A DNA stretch of 64,000 nt from Octopus sinensis (lineage: Eukaryota). The translations under genes and the position numbers were made by a program. The notes below the pieces were generated by a model that saw only the letters and a list, made by a program, of their open reading frames with translations, made no database searches and was not told the DNA's origin. Location: assembly GCF_006345805.1 (NCBI RefSeq), contig NW_021832531.1:310001-374000 (forward strand), in the 5' to 3' direction. Within the stretch, counting starts at the first letter, position 1; each line of letters begins with the position of its first letter. Positions 12,328 to 25,148 of this stretch are shown piece after piece.

Positions 12328-13092
12328 TCACATCAAAAGCATATCAGACTGCCCAAAATAGTCAGAAATTATAATTATAAAAATATTGATCCGATCGAGT
12401 ATTTTATGAGAAAAACTTTCATTTATAAAAGAACGTCTTTCTGCAATAAAAATACGATTAATATCCCTTAATAAAGAATGCATGTCCGGGTGTAATGGCG
12501 GCACTAATGCTACTAGAAGAGAATACAGCCACTCCCCCGCTGAATCAGTAAATAACTGTACTTTCATCCACTCATAAAGTCCACAAAGTGCTCGAAATAT
12601 GTCTTTTGGTTTTAGTTGGCATATCGTTGATAGTTTTGGCTCGGATTTGGAAATATTTTGGTTTAGTTGAGAAAGAAAATATTCGTTCCAATCTTTTTTG
12701 GTACATGGAATTTGAAAAATTGTATTTTCTATGTAATTTTTGATTTGTCGGGTTTGTGAAAATTTGTCACAAATTGATTTAAAGTGATTAATTTGAAAAT
12801 TGTGAAAATCTTTAGAAGGCAGAATATTATCCGGATAATTGCTAGTTGTGTCTTCTTTAGCATCATTTAATATCTGGACATGTTTTATTGGTTCTGAGAA
12901 AGTGACATTTGGCATAAAACTGAGGCTTAATTTTAATATAAAAAACCATCTCTCTGCTTGTATCATTGCTAATAACTCATCTCCGTTGCTTGGAATGAAA
13001 GTTTCCAGTTGCTCTTTGTCAATCTGAATGGTGTCGTCTACAGAAAATACATTCGCCATGGAAGGGACATTGTCACCAAAATCACTATCCAT
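12328..13092 (-). CDS. GEMIN2: Gem-associated protein 2 (SMN complex, SIP1)
   Basis: 254-aa ORF with PSNGDELLAMIQAE, WLYSLLVALVPPLHPDMHSLLRDI and C-terminal NIFIIIISDYFGQSDM, matching the conserved Gemin2 blocks (cf. WLYALLACLEKPL..EAHSLIRQL and LICLVSRYFDQRDL). Confidence 0.8.
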   Translation of the reverse strand: MDSDFGDNVPSMANVFSVDDTIQIDKEQLETFIPSNGDELLAMIQAERWFFILKLSLSFMPNVTFSEPIKHVQILNDAKEDTTSNYPDNILPSKDFHNFQINHFKSICDKFSQTRQIKNYIENTIFQIPCTKKDWNEYFLSQLNQNISKSEPKLSTICQLKPKDIFRALCGLYEWMKVQLFTDSAGEWLYSLLVALVPPLHPDMHSLLRDINRIFIAERRSFINESFSHKILDRINIFIIIISDYFGQSDMLLM

Positions 13093-13378
13093 TATTAAAT
13101 TAATTTAAAAATTTATAATTAATTTTTGTTAATACACTAAATCAAATACGAGCTATAGTATAAAGAATGTTATAGTCGTGTTAACAATTAATTTGAAAAT
13201 TAAAATACTGTGAGAATTTTCAGATTTTTTTCTGTAGGTGATTATGAATCGTGTCTTAAAGGATACAGAAAACGTAGAATCGTGATTCCAACAAAATAAG
13301 ATTTCTCTAACATTCATTGAATTCATCATGCTTATTATAATAAAATAGAATTGATGTTAATTTATGCCAAAAATCATA

Positions 13379-15114
13379 CAGTCCGACCCCCAAATGGGGC
13401 ACCAAGTGCCCCAAAATGCGGGGGTGCCCCAAAAACAGGGGTTTGTTATTTTTTTAAAAATTAAACCATTAATAAACATCAAAAACATTTTTACTAAAAT
13501 ATTCAGTTTTTTCTTTTTATTTGTAGAGTTTTGTCTGATATTGTTCGTCAATTTCAGCCGAAAATCAAAAAAATCTCGGAGCATACTTGGTGCAACATTA
13601 GAAATTTTTTCTTCTAAATTGTTAAGCAGATCTTTTGTTTTTGCTACGACATTTTCACTATTTTCGGTTTCTGAATATGTATCATAAACATTATTGTTCA
13701 TGTCTTCGCATTCTCCATCAATTGTTTCGTTAACAACTTGATCTAAATGTTCATCTGTTAGACAGTTTTTTGTTGCATAAGAATCACGGTTCCTGTCGAT
13801 TTTCTTCCAACAATTAACAATACTTTTAGCATCTATTTTCTCCCATCCTTTTGAAATTAGCATCATAACCTGACGCAAATTTAATTTACCAATAGAATGT
13901 GTAAAATCGTTTTCGAAATCTTGAAAACATAAAAATTCCATTAAGAAAGAGGAATAATAATCTTTAAAAATCTTGATTATTCCCATATCCAAAGGTTGTA
14001 AATAGGACGTTGTATTTTTCGGCAAAAATAAAAATTCGATGTTCGAACATTCGGCAGTTTTATGGCATCCCGCATTGTCAAGTATTAATAATATTTTTCT
14101 GTTGTTTTTGCAAAACGATTCATTTATAAGTGTAAGCCAACTCATAAAAGTCTTTCCAGTCATCCATGCATTTTGAGAAGATGAATACAATAACCCAAAA
14201 TCTTGAACATCAAAATTTTTTAGACACCGAGGTTTTTTATATTTTCCAATAATCAATGGATTAAGTTTTTCCCCGATTAAACTGCAGCATAGAAGAACAG
14301 TGAGTCTTTCTTTCCTTGTTTATAACCAAAACACGGTTCGCCTTGTTCAACAAATGATTTTTGAGGAGTTCTTTTATAAAAAGCGCAGTTTCATCACAAT
14401 AAATATATTCTAGGTCCATATTTTAATACTTTCTGGTCATATTTTTCAAAATAATTTTTCACATAAGATAAATCACATGAAGCTTTTTCACCACATATTG
14501 ACTTGAATTGAAGTTCATGCCGCAATTTAAATCTATCAAGCCACCCATTGGAAGCTTTAAAAGAAGTAAATCCAATTTTTGAAGCTGTAACTAAGGCAAT
14601 TTTTTTCAAAATAGGGCCTGAAATCGGAATTTTATCTACGCGTAGTCTTTGAAATATTTCAAAGACTTGATCATCAAATTTATCTTTATCGGCTTTAAAT
14701 GTGTCATATTCCTCAGAAATAGTATTGCCGTGTTGCAAGAAAGGTACAATATTTCGTTTTATTCTTGATATTGTTCCTTTACTTGTGTTGTACTTTTTCA
14801 TTAGTTGCCTCTCAGATAAATTTTTCTTCAAAATTTCTTTAGCAATCTTCAATTTAGTTTCGTAATCCATAACCACAACAATAAAAATATAAATTGAAAA
14901 TAAAACAAAAAATAATTAATTTATTATAATTTTATTTTATTTTTAATTCCTTATAAATGATTTTATGGTGCCCCAAAAATTCCATAATTTTTTATCGATT
15001 TTTATTTTTTTTCTGCCAAAATGTACTTTTGGAATAAAGTGCCCCAATTGCGGGGGTGCCCCAAAATCCGAGGGTGCCCCACCCCTGGGGTCTGCCCCAT
15101 TTTGGGTCGGACTG
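13379..15114 (-). mobile_element. pogo/Tigger DNA transposon, near full length, transposase disrupted
   Basis: TIRs CAGTCCGACCCCCAAATGGGGCA / CAGTCCGACCCAAAATGGGGCA with TA on both flanks. ORF 14394-14876 encodes CENP-B-like HTHs (FKASNGWLDRFKLRH) and ORF 13357-14256 encodes DDE_1 (LILDNAGCH, FLPKNTTSYLQPLDMGIIKIFK). Confidence 0.92.
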
Positions 15115-15129
15115 TATATAGATTAATTC

Positions 15130-15480
15130 AGATAAAGGCGCATCTTTTTTCAAAATTTCATAGAGTCCGTTTTAGCAACCAATAACCATAAGGCAGGCCC
15201 ACATTAAAATCAAGACGAAGGCAAATTCCGATTCATCATTCAAAAAAAGTCTGGCAAAGGCCAAAGGGACAGCATAGGCCAGTCGCTGGAATGGCCTTGA
15301 CAACCAGTTGGTCGAACGGAAGCAAAGGTTTTCCAGAACAGATGTACAATAAAGAATATCCTACTCCTTACTTCAACATTCATCAGCCGAAATTTTTAGA
15401 TTTAAGTAAGACAGATGTAAAAAGTGGCCACAAAATCTTACAGCTAAAAATGTTAGTAGACGGGAAAATAACAGTTTAGA
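15130..15480 (-). pseudogene. Highly degraded CRE-like retrotransposon fragment
   Basis: Minus-strand ...FLNDES...ICLRLDFNVG resembles LLDDESVRIGISLRLGL of the copy at ~46850. Very decayed. Confidence 0.3.
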
Positions 15481-15537
15481 TAAGATTATGGGAACCGTAA
15501 AAAAAGGCAAAAAAACAGAATAGCCAAGTCTCTAAAG

Positions 15538-16786
15538 CAGAGGTTTCCAAGCTTTTTTTTACGCGCCTCCCTTAGAGAAAAAGTACAATCTTGCGCCTCC
15601 CTTTATATTCCATAATATAATACAATTATTATTTTATCAAAAACAATTTTTTAAAACAAAAAGTTAATGAGATAATTTTTTTTCCATCTTGGCGCAAAGT
15701 TTTTCAAATCTTGGTGTCATCGCAGAGAGTGCTACTCTTAGCTCATTAGTCACTACTAAACGAGTTCGATATTTAGTCCAACACAATTGATCCATTCTAT
15801 GTTATTTTCTTCAAAAAAAGTATCAATTATATTAAAAATTTCATTGGCCGTGCTCCTTCCAGGAAATGGTTTGCAGAATAATAGATCTTCTATTATTGTA
15901 CTTTCTTCAGCATATCTGACATATGCAATTAAATGTGCATTTTTATTTATGTCAGCTCCCTCATCAACTTGTATAGCAAATTTACAGTTACGTAGTCGAG
16001 AAACCAACTGATCACAAAGATCTTCAGATATGTCATCAATTCTTCTAGCGACTGTGTTATCAGCAAGCGGTATTTGCTTTAATTGTTTTGCATAGGATTC
16101 GCCAAACATTGCTTCAACCATATCGATAGCTGCTGGCAAAACTAGAGTTTCTCCGATATTGTGCGGTTTCTTGCATTTTGCAATCCTGTAAGAAACTTTG
16201 TACGATGCTAGTAAAGCATTTGAAGAGACAGAACAAGTTTTTTTAACGATTTCGTTTGGTTATCAACTCTTCTAATTTTCTTTTAAAAAATTCTTCAGAC
16301 TTATGGACATGTTCAGAATGCATCGTTTCAAAATGTCTTCTTAATTTGCATGGCCTCATACTATCTGCTGCAAGTGTTTTGAGGCAAAGCAAACAGAGGG
16401 GTTTTTCCATAGAATCAACAAAGATACGTGTGAATCCTAACAATAAGTAAGATGGAAAGTATTTTCTTGTCTTTGGAGTGGTATTGATTATATTCCAATC
16501 ATTTTGATTTTTGAACCATCGTCAAAATCTTTATTATTCGTGAATTTTCTTTTGCAACCACTCAAGAATTTATCCATGTGTTAAAATTATTTAATTGTCT
16601 AATAAATTAAATAAATTTTTGAAAAAATATAATTTTTAAATTAATAACTCTTATTATCGGAATATAGTCACGTTTTTTACATAGATATAATTTTCTAAAA
16701 AATGTTTCTGAAATACTTTTCGCGCCTCCCTTGACACGAGTCAACGCCTCCCTAGGGAGGCGCGCCTCCCCATTTGGAAACCTCTG
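15538..16786 (-). mobile_element. hAT (Buster/Charlie-type) transposon, internally deleted
   Basis: Perfect 8-bp TSD CTCTAAAG (15530-15537 and 16787-16794, nnnTAnnn pattern), 13-bp TIR CAGAGGTTTCCAA, subterminal GCGCCTCCC repeats. BED-type finger (KPLCLLCLKTLAADSMRPCKLRRHFETMH) and ZBED5/8-like IPLADNTVARRIDDISED...FAIQVDE. Confidence 0.93.
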
Positions 16787-16999
16787 CTCTAAAGGATTAG
16801 ATTCTGACTCTTTCGACCCGACAGGGCAGTTTAGTCTGTAACACATCATCGAAATAAAATAAAACCGAAAAAAATTGGTCATCAATTTTGAAAGGCCCCT
16901 CGGAAGAAGGAACGGATTGCAGAAGAAAAGTAAGTTTGAGGATACAGAATAATTTTAATAAAAATAGGCGCAAATGAGATCAAAACAAATTACATTTGT

Positions 17000-17440
17000 A
17001 ATCCAGCATATGACCATAATTATGATAATCAACGAGACTATTTTGGCTGCGTTACAAGCTGCTGAATTCCAAAGAACTGAAATCTGTTGGACTTGACCGC
17101 GAAGACCCTAAACGCCCAGATGAAGTCACTTTTTGTCGTGAAGTAATGTCTTGTTTAGGACTCTACGTGCACAAACACCTTTTCGAAGACAAACATAGTT
17201 TATTCTGCAACCAGTCCAGGTCCAGCCGCTAAGTAAGCTGAAGAATATAAAATCTCTAAATATTCCAGTCTGTCGGACAACAATTCTTTTTCCGAATTGC
17301 CTAATAAGGTCTGAAGCCATGAGTAATAAATCGTTTGAACTCGTTGGAAAAATTGTGTAACTAATTCCAAGAAGACGAAGAGAACCTCAAAAGGAACAAT
17401 GGTTGTTCAAAAGAATCTCCATGGCGATTTTGACAAAGAA
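17000..17440 (+). pseudogene. Degraded CRE-like RLE endonuclease fragment
   Basis: IINETILAALQAA...GLDREDPKRPDEVT...LV*DSTCTNT...GPAAK*AEEYKISKYSSLS parallels the copy at 46222-46814. Confidence 0.65.
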
Positions 17441-17852
17441 ATAGTTAGTAGTTTTGGACGAAGAAATAGTTACTTAAAATAATTGGTTTTAATTAACCAA
17501 GATACCATTATTATTTAACCACAACCAAACCTAAAATAAGAAATTAAATAATTCATTGATCCTGATCAAGAAATTTTTCTTCTCTTAAGAGAAATATCAC
17601 CAACGCACTATTATTCTCCGAGTCATTTATAATTTGCCCATTTGTTTTATTAGAAAGTTTGTCATTTCAACCAACTGGCAACACCACAATTTCTATGCAA
17701 CACCACAATGCTTTCTAGCGTCTTTTTCAACACTAAAATAACAATATTTTAAACAAAAAATTTATAAATTTGCATAAAATTTAAAAAATTGGTTTTATTT
17801 CCTGTTGGTTAATTTTTGTTATCATTACTTATCTTAGTAATCTCCATCTTAT

Positions 17853-18592
17853 ATGGACTGGAACGGACCAATTGAAAAACATACACCGAAATATAACAGG
17901 GTGACATCTTAACGTCAACTATAGGAACCCTCCACGTCATTAAACAAAGAAACATCCCATCAAAATAACACCTCTGACGACAAACAAGAGTATTCACGTG
18001 ACTCACAAAATATTTGTAAGCCGAGGAAGAAACTCTCTTTGGTCTCGGGATATTTTTAGAATTTTAGGATACTTTTAAAAGGATTGGTCAAAGAACAGCC
18101 GACTCCAATGGCCTGAAAGATAAAGTATCAATCCAAGAAGAACAACCTACCACGCAAAAATCGACACATGGGAAGAAATATGATATAGTAAATCTAAAAA
18201 TGTATTATTCAGGATTTTTTCAAGTCACTGAATAAGCTTTCCATCAATTCTACTGATGATAGTACTAAAAAGGATTCAACAGTAATCATTTTTATTGATT
18301 TTAAGCCATCTTCATCTGGTTTTATATCATCCACACTTACCGTCAAATCTGAAATCAATACGAATAAGAATTTATTTATATCTACAAGTGCCGTTGTCGC
18401 CCAAAGTTATATTTTCTTATTTATTTTAAAGACAGGCCTACAGGCTGGCATAAAAAGCCTTATCAACAAAGAACCTCAAGAAATAGCGAGGAATACCAGG
18501 ATAACGAATCCAATTCCTCAAAAAGTGACAAAAACAGTGGAGGTTGGAAATTTCCGACAAAGTCATACGACAGTGTCTGGGGCTGTCTTTAA
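17853..18592 (+). CDS. Orphan 204-aa S/T/K-rich protein, 6 exons
   Basis: Exons 17853-17900, 17925-18041, 18068-18187, 18213-18281, 18306-18405 and 18432-18592, joined by GT-AG introns of 24, 26, 25, 24 and 26 nt, give one open frame of 615 nt: MDWNGPIEKHTPKYNREPST...GGWKFPTKSYDSVWGCL*. Confidence 0.7.
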
Positions 18593-18628
18593 AATTTAAT
18601 TCGTTTTTGTTTTTATAAATACGAAAAG

Positions 18629-21600
18629 TTATGATTTTGAGTAGCAAAAGTAATGTTGGAGACTTCCGTCAGGATGTAATACAAAAGCTGACTGACCAAT
18701 GTTTTTGTTGCAACTCACACAAACTGTATCTTCTGTTATAGTCACGGAGGAGGTAGTAGTCCGGTGATGATCCTCCATCGCCTAAAGTCATAGTCAACAA
18801 ACCCCAACGATATCTGAAAAACGTTCAATAAGTCGTTTTTTGATTTGAATACTTCTTTTTTGACTATAGTTGAGCAATTTGAGTAAATAATTTGATAAGC
18901 TGCTAAGACGAGTATTTGGGTCAATGCTTGATAACACCTATTTGACTAATATAAGTAAATGTACAGTTATCTGATCGAGGTTGTTTGAGTGATAGTTGAG
19001 CATGTCAATGATTAAATCACTCACATCCTTTTTCACAAACTCAGGATCGACGTTGTCAACTTTCTTACAAGCAAGGAGGACAAACAGAGACGTGTATAAC
19101 TAAGAATGATATTTATTAGCATTTACATTTAAATGAGCATGTCGTGCGCAGTAACTAGATATATTCAATTAAAATATTAAAACCGCAGTGCTTGCTGATA
19201 ATCGTTCAAAACAAACACGATCAGAGCTAAAGCAGTATCATGTTCACCAATTTTTTCATATAAAATACTTTTTTCTTCATAAAATCCGTATTTGGGCAGT
19301 TTGTCGATTATCTCAAGAACGTCGTGGAATTCAGAAATTCTCAAAAGGCGTTTAAATTGCTGACGGATCCCAAAATCAGGAGTGTCAGAGGAATTTAGCA
19401 TTTCTAGATATATTGAGCACAGCGTATTGTGAAAATGTGCTTCTTTAGAGTCAAGGTCAAAGACTTGTTTTTCCTGAAAATTGAAATATTAGGAAAGCAC
19501 GAGATATTCCAGCTTTAATGAGGGAATTTTATCTTCGACAAACTGAAGAACCTGACATTGAAGGACTCCACTTTCACTCATAAGAGGACAAGTAAGAATC
19601 TAATTAGTTTAAAATAAAACTTACTTGAAGAATGCCCTTCTTCCACTGACAAATGTTCCAAATCCAAAGTACTTGCTCATATACCACAGAACGGTTGTGA
19701 GACTCTGAAATGTCTAAATTAGAGAAAACCCATAAGTTCGAGATAATCGGCAAATAACTTTAAATCCAAATTTGTCGATATATTCTGTTCGATTTTTTCT
19801 GTTATACGACTTTGGAGTAGTTTGAAAGCTATTCACTGGTAATTTAATTCGTCAACCTCTGAGATGAAGGTTGTTAGTTCGATAGAGAATTAACAGTTCA
19901 TTAATATGATCTGTCTCCTCTAATATAAGTTGTGACTCACTCACGTCGCAACTATTCTTCCCCCGCAACAAAGAAGCACAAAAATGATCATTGACCTGTA
20001 CAAGTACAAATGGCTAAACCAACCATAATATGACAACGTAGGAGAATGGTATCGATGATTGTAGATATGGAGGATGATAACATTGTCGAATCTCCAAAAA
20101 GCGGATAACAACCTAACTTTTGTCCATTTTCTAGTTTTGCTCGACACTAAATTTACCAGAAAAAATACTTACCGAGTAGAGAAATTTGATGAGGGCAGAA
20201 AGGGAGTTTGTAGAGTAAATTACTTCATCTTCAATGTCCAACTTGAATTGAGGAATATTTGTCCGCGTAAGAAACCCATTCGACGCAAGTTTCCAGTAAA
20301 TCCCAATTATATGCAAAGTGTCTAAAATAAAACAACTAGAAATATAACCAATGTCTAAGAATTTAAAAGTCTGGAAAGCATCCTCGAATTCTCCTCGAGA
20401 AAAAAGATAAAATGCCTTTTTTTGGTTTATTCTCCGATAGACAATGTCGTCTGTGGATCGTTCGCCAATATCGTTCTAAACATATTTATTCATAAAACCT
20501 GTATTCTTATAGCCAAAGAAAAATTAAAAGATTGCAGGAGCGAGTTGATTTGCTGGAAAATGGGGACGAGTGACAGTGCAAATAGCCCGTCTGTTGTAGC
20601 CAAAACAACCATCTGACTATCCCTGGAGATCGACTTGAACGTTTTCTTTAACTCAAATGTATAAATCAGCTGAACGCTGTCCATTTCGTAGATCACAATT
20701 TTGTTGGACATAAATCCAATCATAAATGGCGAGAAAAACACTGCTAACTAAAAAACGAAAAAAAACCCAAATTATAAGGAGCATCAGACCAAGTGATGGT
20801 TTGATGGTCTTGATTGAAATCAGTCACGATGGAAGTAACACGATCACGTGAAAAAGCCAAAGAAGAACTCCCAACAATTTCCACCATCGGATAAGGGGAA
20901 TAGCCGGCAGAGAACACTTCCCTGACAGACCCATCCGTGATCTATGTCTAAGAAAACCAATTTATACATCCACTCGGTAGTAATCGTTTTTCAAACCAAT
21001 AAAAATGTTTCGTAAATGCCATAAGAGACACTTTGGCTGTTCGACAACAATAAAACTGCGCTGATAGAAGTAAAAATTAATAAATGATAAACCATGTAAG
21101 TATATTGTGATTTCCACTGGTAAAGCTCGATTGTACGGTTTAAAAGCACACAAATCCGCTCCGGATGTTTTTTACGTTTTACATCACTTACTCGCTGTGG
21201 AATATAGCAAGAGAACAAACGTGTTCTAACGTAAATAGAGTGGCACCTTTGTTTTCGTTTATTTTTTGTACTAAAGACCTGTCTCCAAGTTGATAAACCC
21301 AAACATAGCCATCTTTAATATAATATTGGGGTACCTGTCAGACAAATAAGCTGATTGTGGTCAGCCGATGCAGTCAACTGCAACTAAATTGTTAAATATT
21401 AATGAAAGATGGATACAATTGGTTTTTTGGAGAAAATTTTTTGTATATTAACTAAATCGGCTCCGATCGTAGCTATTTGGTGTAAAATGAATAAATACTG
21501 TCTAAAATATTGGCACGGTATTCTAAAAGTGACCCGTTTCGAGTTCCAACTAATATCATTATCTCTAAATAAATTATTTTAGAATTCAATGCCAATTCCA

Positions 21601-21707
21601 TTATTTGATGATTTTTCATAAGAAGTTACACATTCTATTGGATAAGGGGCTTTTTCCACAAGTGTACAGAAATTAAATGGTATGTGACATCGGCCATCAT
21701 GTTCCAT
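18629..21707 (-). CDS. VPS39: Vam6/Vps39 HOPS subunit (CNH domain, CHCR repeat, C-terminal Zn finger), multi-exon
   Basis: N-terminus MEHDGRCHIPFNFCTLVEKAPYPIECVTSY and LVGTRNGSLLEY, then VPIFQQINSLLQSFNFSLAI (cf. VPMATQIQQLLQDKQFELAL), YEEKSILYEKIGEHDTALAL and C-terminal ITEDTVCVSCNKNIGQSAFVLHPDGSLQHYFC. Confidence 0.88.
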
Positions 21708-24169
21708 TTAAGCCTATCACAAACGACCGAATTGTATATTTATTTTTTGATAAAAAATTAAAATTAACTGCACAGATTATAATTTAGTTTTTATCTATTA
21801 AAACTTGTCTATTAATTATAAATATATCAAAAAAATTTCTATTGATAACTGTAACGCAGTCAAATACTTCCCGTTTATTCGCATAGAAACGTTTAGTTAA
21901 ATCTTCGATCAAAAAGGCATTAATCTGTTCACATTTTATTTTTCGCTCGATGGCCAAAATTCGATTTTATGAAAATTACCAGAATACGCTTATAGTTTTG
22001 GAGGAACACCAAGGATATATGGATCTTGGTGTGATTGAAAGTTTAGGTTTACTAATCATTGTCGAAATGGTAGTTGTTATGGAGTATATGCGTAATATAA
22101 TTAAAATGCGCATCTCAAATACCCAATATTATTATCCAAGTAATACGTCGGTTTTTTGCAATTTGAAATAACTGAGTACGCTGAAATTGACCATATGGTC
22201 TATAGAATACTCAGGGACTATCGTTTTTATATAGGGGTCAGCAATTATGAGACTTGGGCTCGATAAGGTCGTTCATTTAAGCAAGTCAAATATACTCAGG
22301 GTATAAAAACATTTCGAGTTGTTCGTATGTTTGGGATCTTTGTTTTAAAAAAGTATTGTTACTAACATAGAGAATATAAAGGGCTATTTGTCGACTAAGG
22401 ATGCTCTATGTGTACTAGTAAAGAATTATTTAACTTCTCATTTTTATATTTGCAATTTGCCTGATCCATGATCCCAGATGATTTAAAACATGTGAAACTT
22501 AAAACTCAAATTTTAAAATTCCTGATATTGATAAAAGACAACATTGCCAGTTGTTTTTTACGAGGACCTTAAACAAATTAGAAGTGAAATAAGATAGAAA
22601 TGATCTCGACATATTTACGAGATGCGACTCGGATTAGAACAAAATAGAGAATCTGACCAATTGCTTTGACGTGACAATGACGTCGTGTAGAACTAGTAAT
22701 AATTGATAAAGAATTAATCGAATGAGTTAGAAATTTATATTCAGATGCCAGCTATTGGGTGAGCATTAGTCGAAAGGAAAATTGAGGGTCTCAAAATAAT
22801 TTCACGTGATAAAATTAGAAATTAATTTACTAATATTTATCTATTGTGCAGAATAATATTACTAGAAACCATAAAGAAAGGTTTTAGATATGCTCTTACG
22901 GTGAAAAAATGACAAAATCATTTTTATGAGTTATAATTAACAGTTAATTAACTTAACTCTTTGAATCAACAAACTTTTATGATCCGAGATTTATACTACA
23001 TTAGAACCTTGTAGTACAAGTGCCTCATTTCACCAGCAGATCGCTTAACGAGCATATGATAAAAATTTTTGTCTTGTATGATGAATATAAATTTGTATCA
23101 CAAACGTTTAAGCGAAAGATAGTATCACAGATCTTTTTGATCCATGAAATCTTTTTTGATTCCATCAAGGAGACCCAATTTTTTTCTGCTTTTTAGATAA
23201 TTTAATATCTAATGATCCCGAGACACAGAGCTATCAAGCTGCTGGACGACATGATTTCTTTAAAAAGTATAATTCTAGACAACAGCATAATTATATATCG
23301 TTGGTTTTAGCTTGAATTTTGAATTAAGTATTCGTTTTTTAATTAAAAAAGTCGACCTTTAATATCTGTGAATAATTTTAAATATTTCAGGAAAAATAAT
23401 GATCAAAAATAGATTAATAATCGAATTGTTGATTTAAAAATTCACATTAAGATCAGAAATAGTCGTTTTGTCAGTCAATTAAGACAAATGTAATAATTTT
23501 ACAAAAAAATCCAAATTTTTTTTTTGCCTTGAAAAATTTAATTTTGTTTAGATTATTATGCGTTAAGGTTAATTACGTTTTAAGATTATTTAACATGCCC
23601 ATAAATATTTATAGTCAAGTTCTCAGTTATCATTTATAGCATTTTTGTTTTATTCAAAAATAACTGAAAAATACATTGAACCGATAGTTTATTGCTTTTG
23701 ACCTCAAATAAAGTTTAAATAGTAATTCCTCAATATCTAATGATCTATTTAAAGCACTTTATTACTATATCTGAATTGATAAACGTTAAGTAAAAATGTT
23801 TACGTAATTATACACTTAACAAACAAGTTGTATAATAGTTTGTGAAATTGACTTATTTCTCTCTCGTGTCTATTTTTCAATTATAGATAATTTATTTTTT
23901 TTTTTAACCGCCAAGACCACGGTAAGAGTCAAAACAAAAGTCACGTGATCCCGATGCACTTGTGATCGATAATTGTTTTGATAAGTGGATAAAATTTATT
24001 TTCACATTAATTTAATTACACTTCAATTCTCAAAACAACTTTTATTCGCAAATATTTTATTGCACGTTATTAGAATTTACTATTCAAATAAAAATATAAT
24101 ACATGCTCTTTCACATGGGCTATTAATAAATATTATAGAAATGTCGACAAAAGACATGATTAGATAGAC

Positions 24170-24715
24170 CAGGGGTTCTCAACTTTTAGCTCAAGGGCCA
24201 ATCGATAATTAAGATTAGCCTCGCGGGCCGCACAAAAAATATTTTTATATTTTTATTATTTTCATTTTACTATATTGATTCGCATAAATATGTAGAATTC
24301 AGATATGCATTGTTGTCTTATATTTTGAAATTGTCTTGAGGAATTATATTCGTAAAATTTAATAATTGACGCATTTTGAACCACGCCACCAGTTCTATAT
24401 CATGTTTAAATTATAGTTCTAGTTAAACTTTGCAGGCTCATCCTTATATTTCCACGCTGAATGGAGTTGCGAATATTTTCATTAAGAAAAGGAATTTTTA
24501 AAATTCTAAAATTAAATTTATATAAATTTACCCCCAAACGTGCTTCAAATTGATTAATGAAATCACCAATTCCAATTATGATTATTATATGTTTAACCTT
24601 AAGAATGAATAATAAATTTAAACATTATAAAAAATTTAAAAAGTCAGTTACTCTAGGGGCCGCAAAAAAAATCCTGGGGGCCACATGCGGCCCCGGGCCG
24701 CAGTTGGAACCGCTG
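24170..24715 (-). mobile_element. Non-autonomous hAT (Buster-type) element
   Basis: 8-bp TSD AGATAGAC (24162-24169 and 24716-24723), TIR CAGGGGTTCTCAA / CAGCGGTT(CT)CAA. Interior retains a transposase C-terminal remnant (ELINLQHDIEL...FYELIP in the second copy). Confidence 0.88.
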
Positions 24716-25148
24716 AGATAGACAATTGGCTGTCTATTGTAATTAAGTGATTATAATCTTCAAAGGACGATAGAATTTTTATTAATTTACCGTCTAAATT
24801 TTCATATTACTAAGATGGATATTGATTTTTTGTAATAAAATTCTGGATGTTAGTCAAAATCAATTATCTTAATTTAGTTGGTTAGATTTTAGTTAGCCAG
24901 GTAATACAATTCTGGGATCGATTAAATTAGTCATATGAGAATTTTTTAATTTTCAAAAAATGATTTTTATAAATAATGTATATAAGTCATTTTAAATATA
25001 AATAAAATAACCTTTTATAGTTCTAAAACTTGTCTTTTGGTAAAAAATATTTTGATGTCATTTAATTAAAAAAGATATTTAAATCATTTTTATTTTATTT
25101 ATTAATTTATCACTATTATAGACATTGATAATTATATTCTTTTGTGGT

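Noticed and set aside
17809-18647. Minus-strand ORFs 17809-18006 and 18438-18647
   Set aside because: They are antisense shadows of the spliced plus-strand orphan gene.
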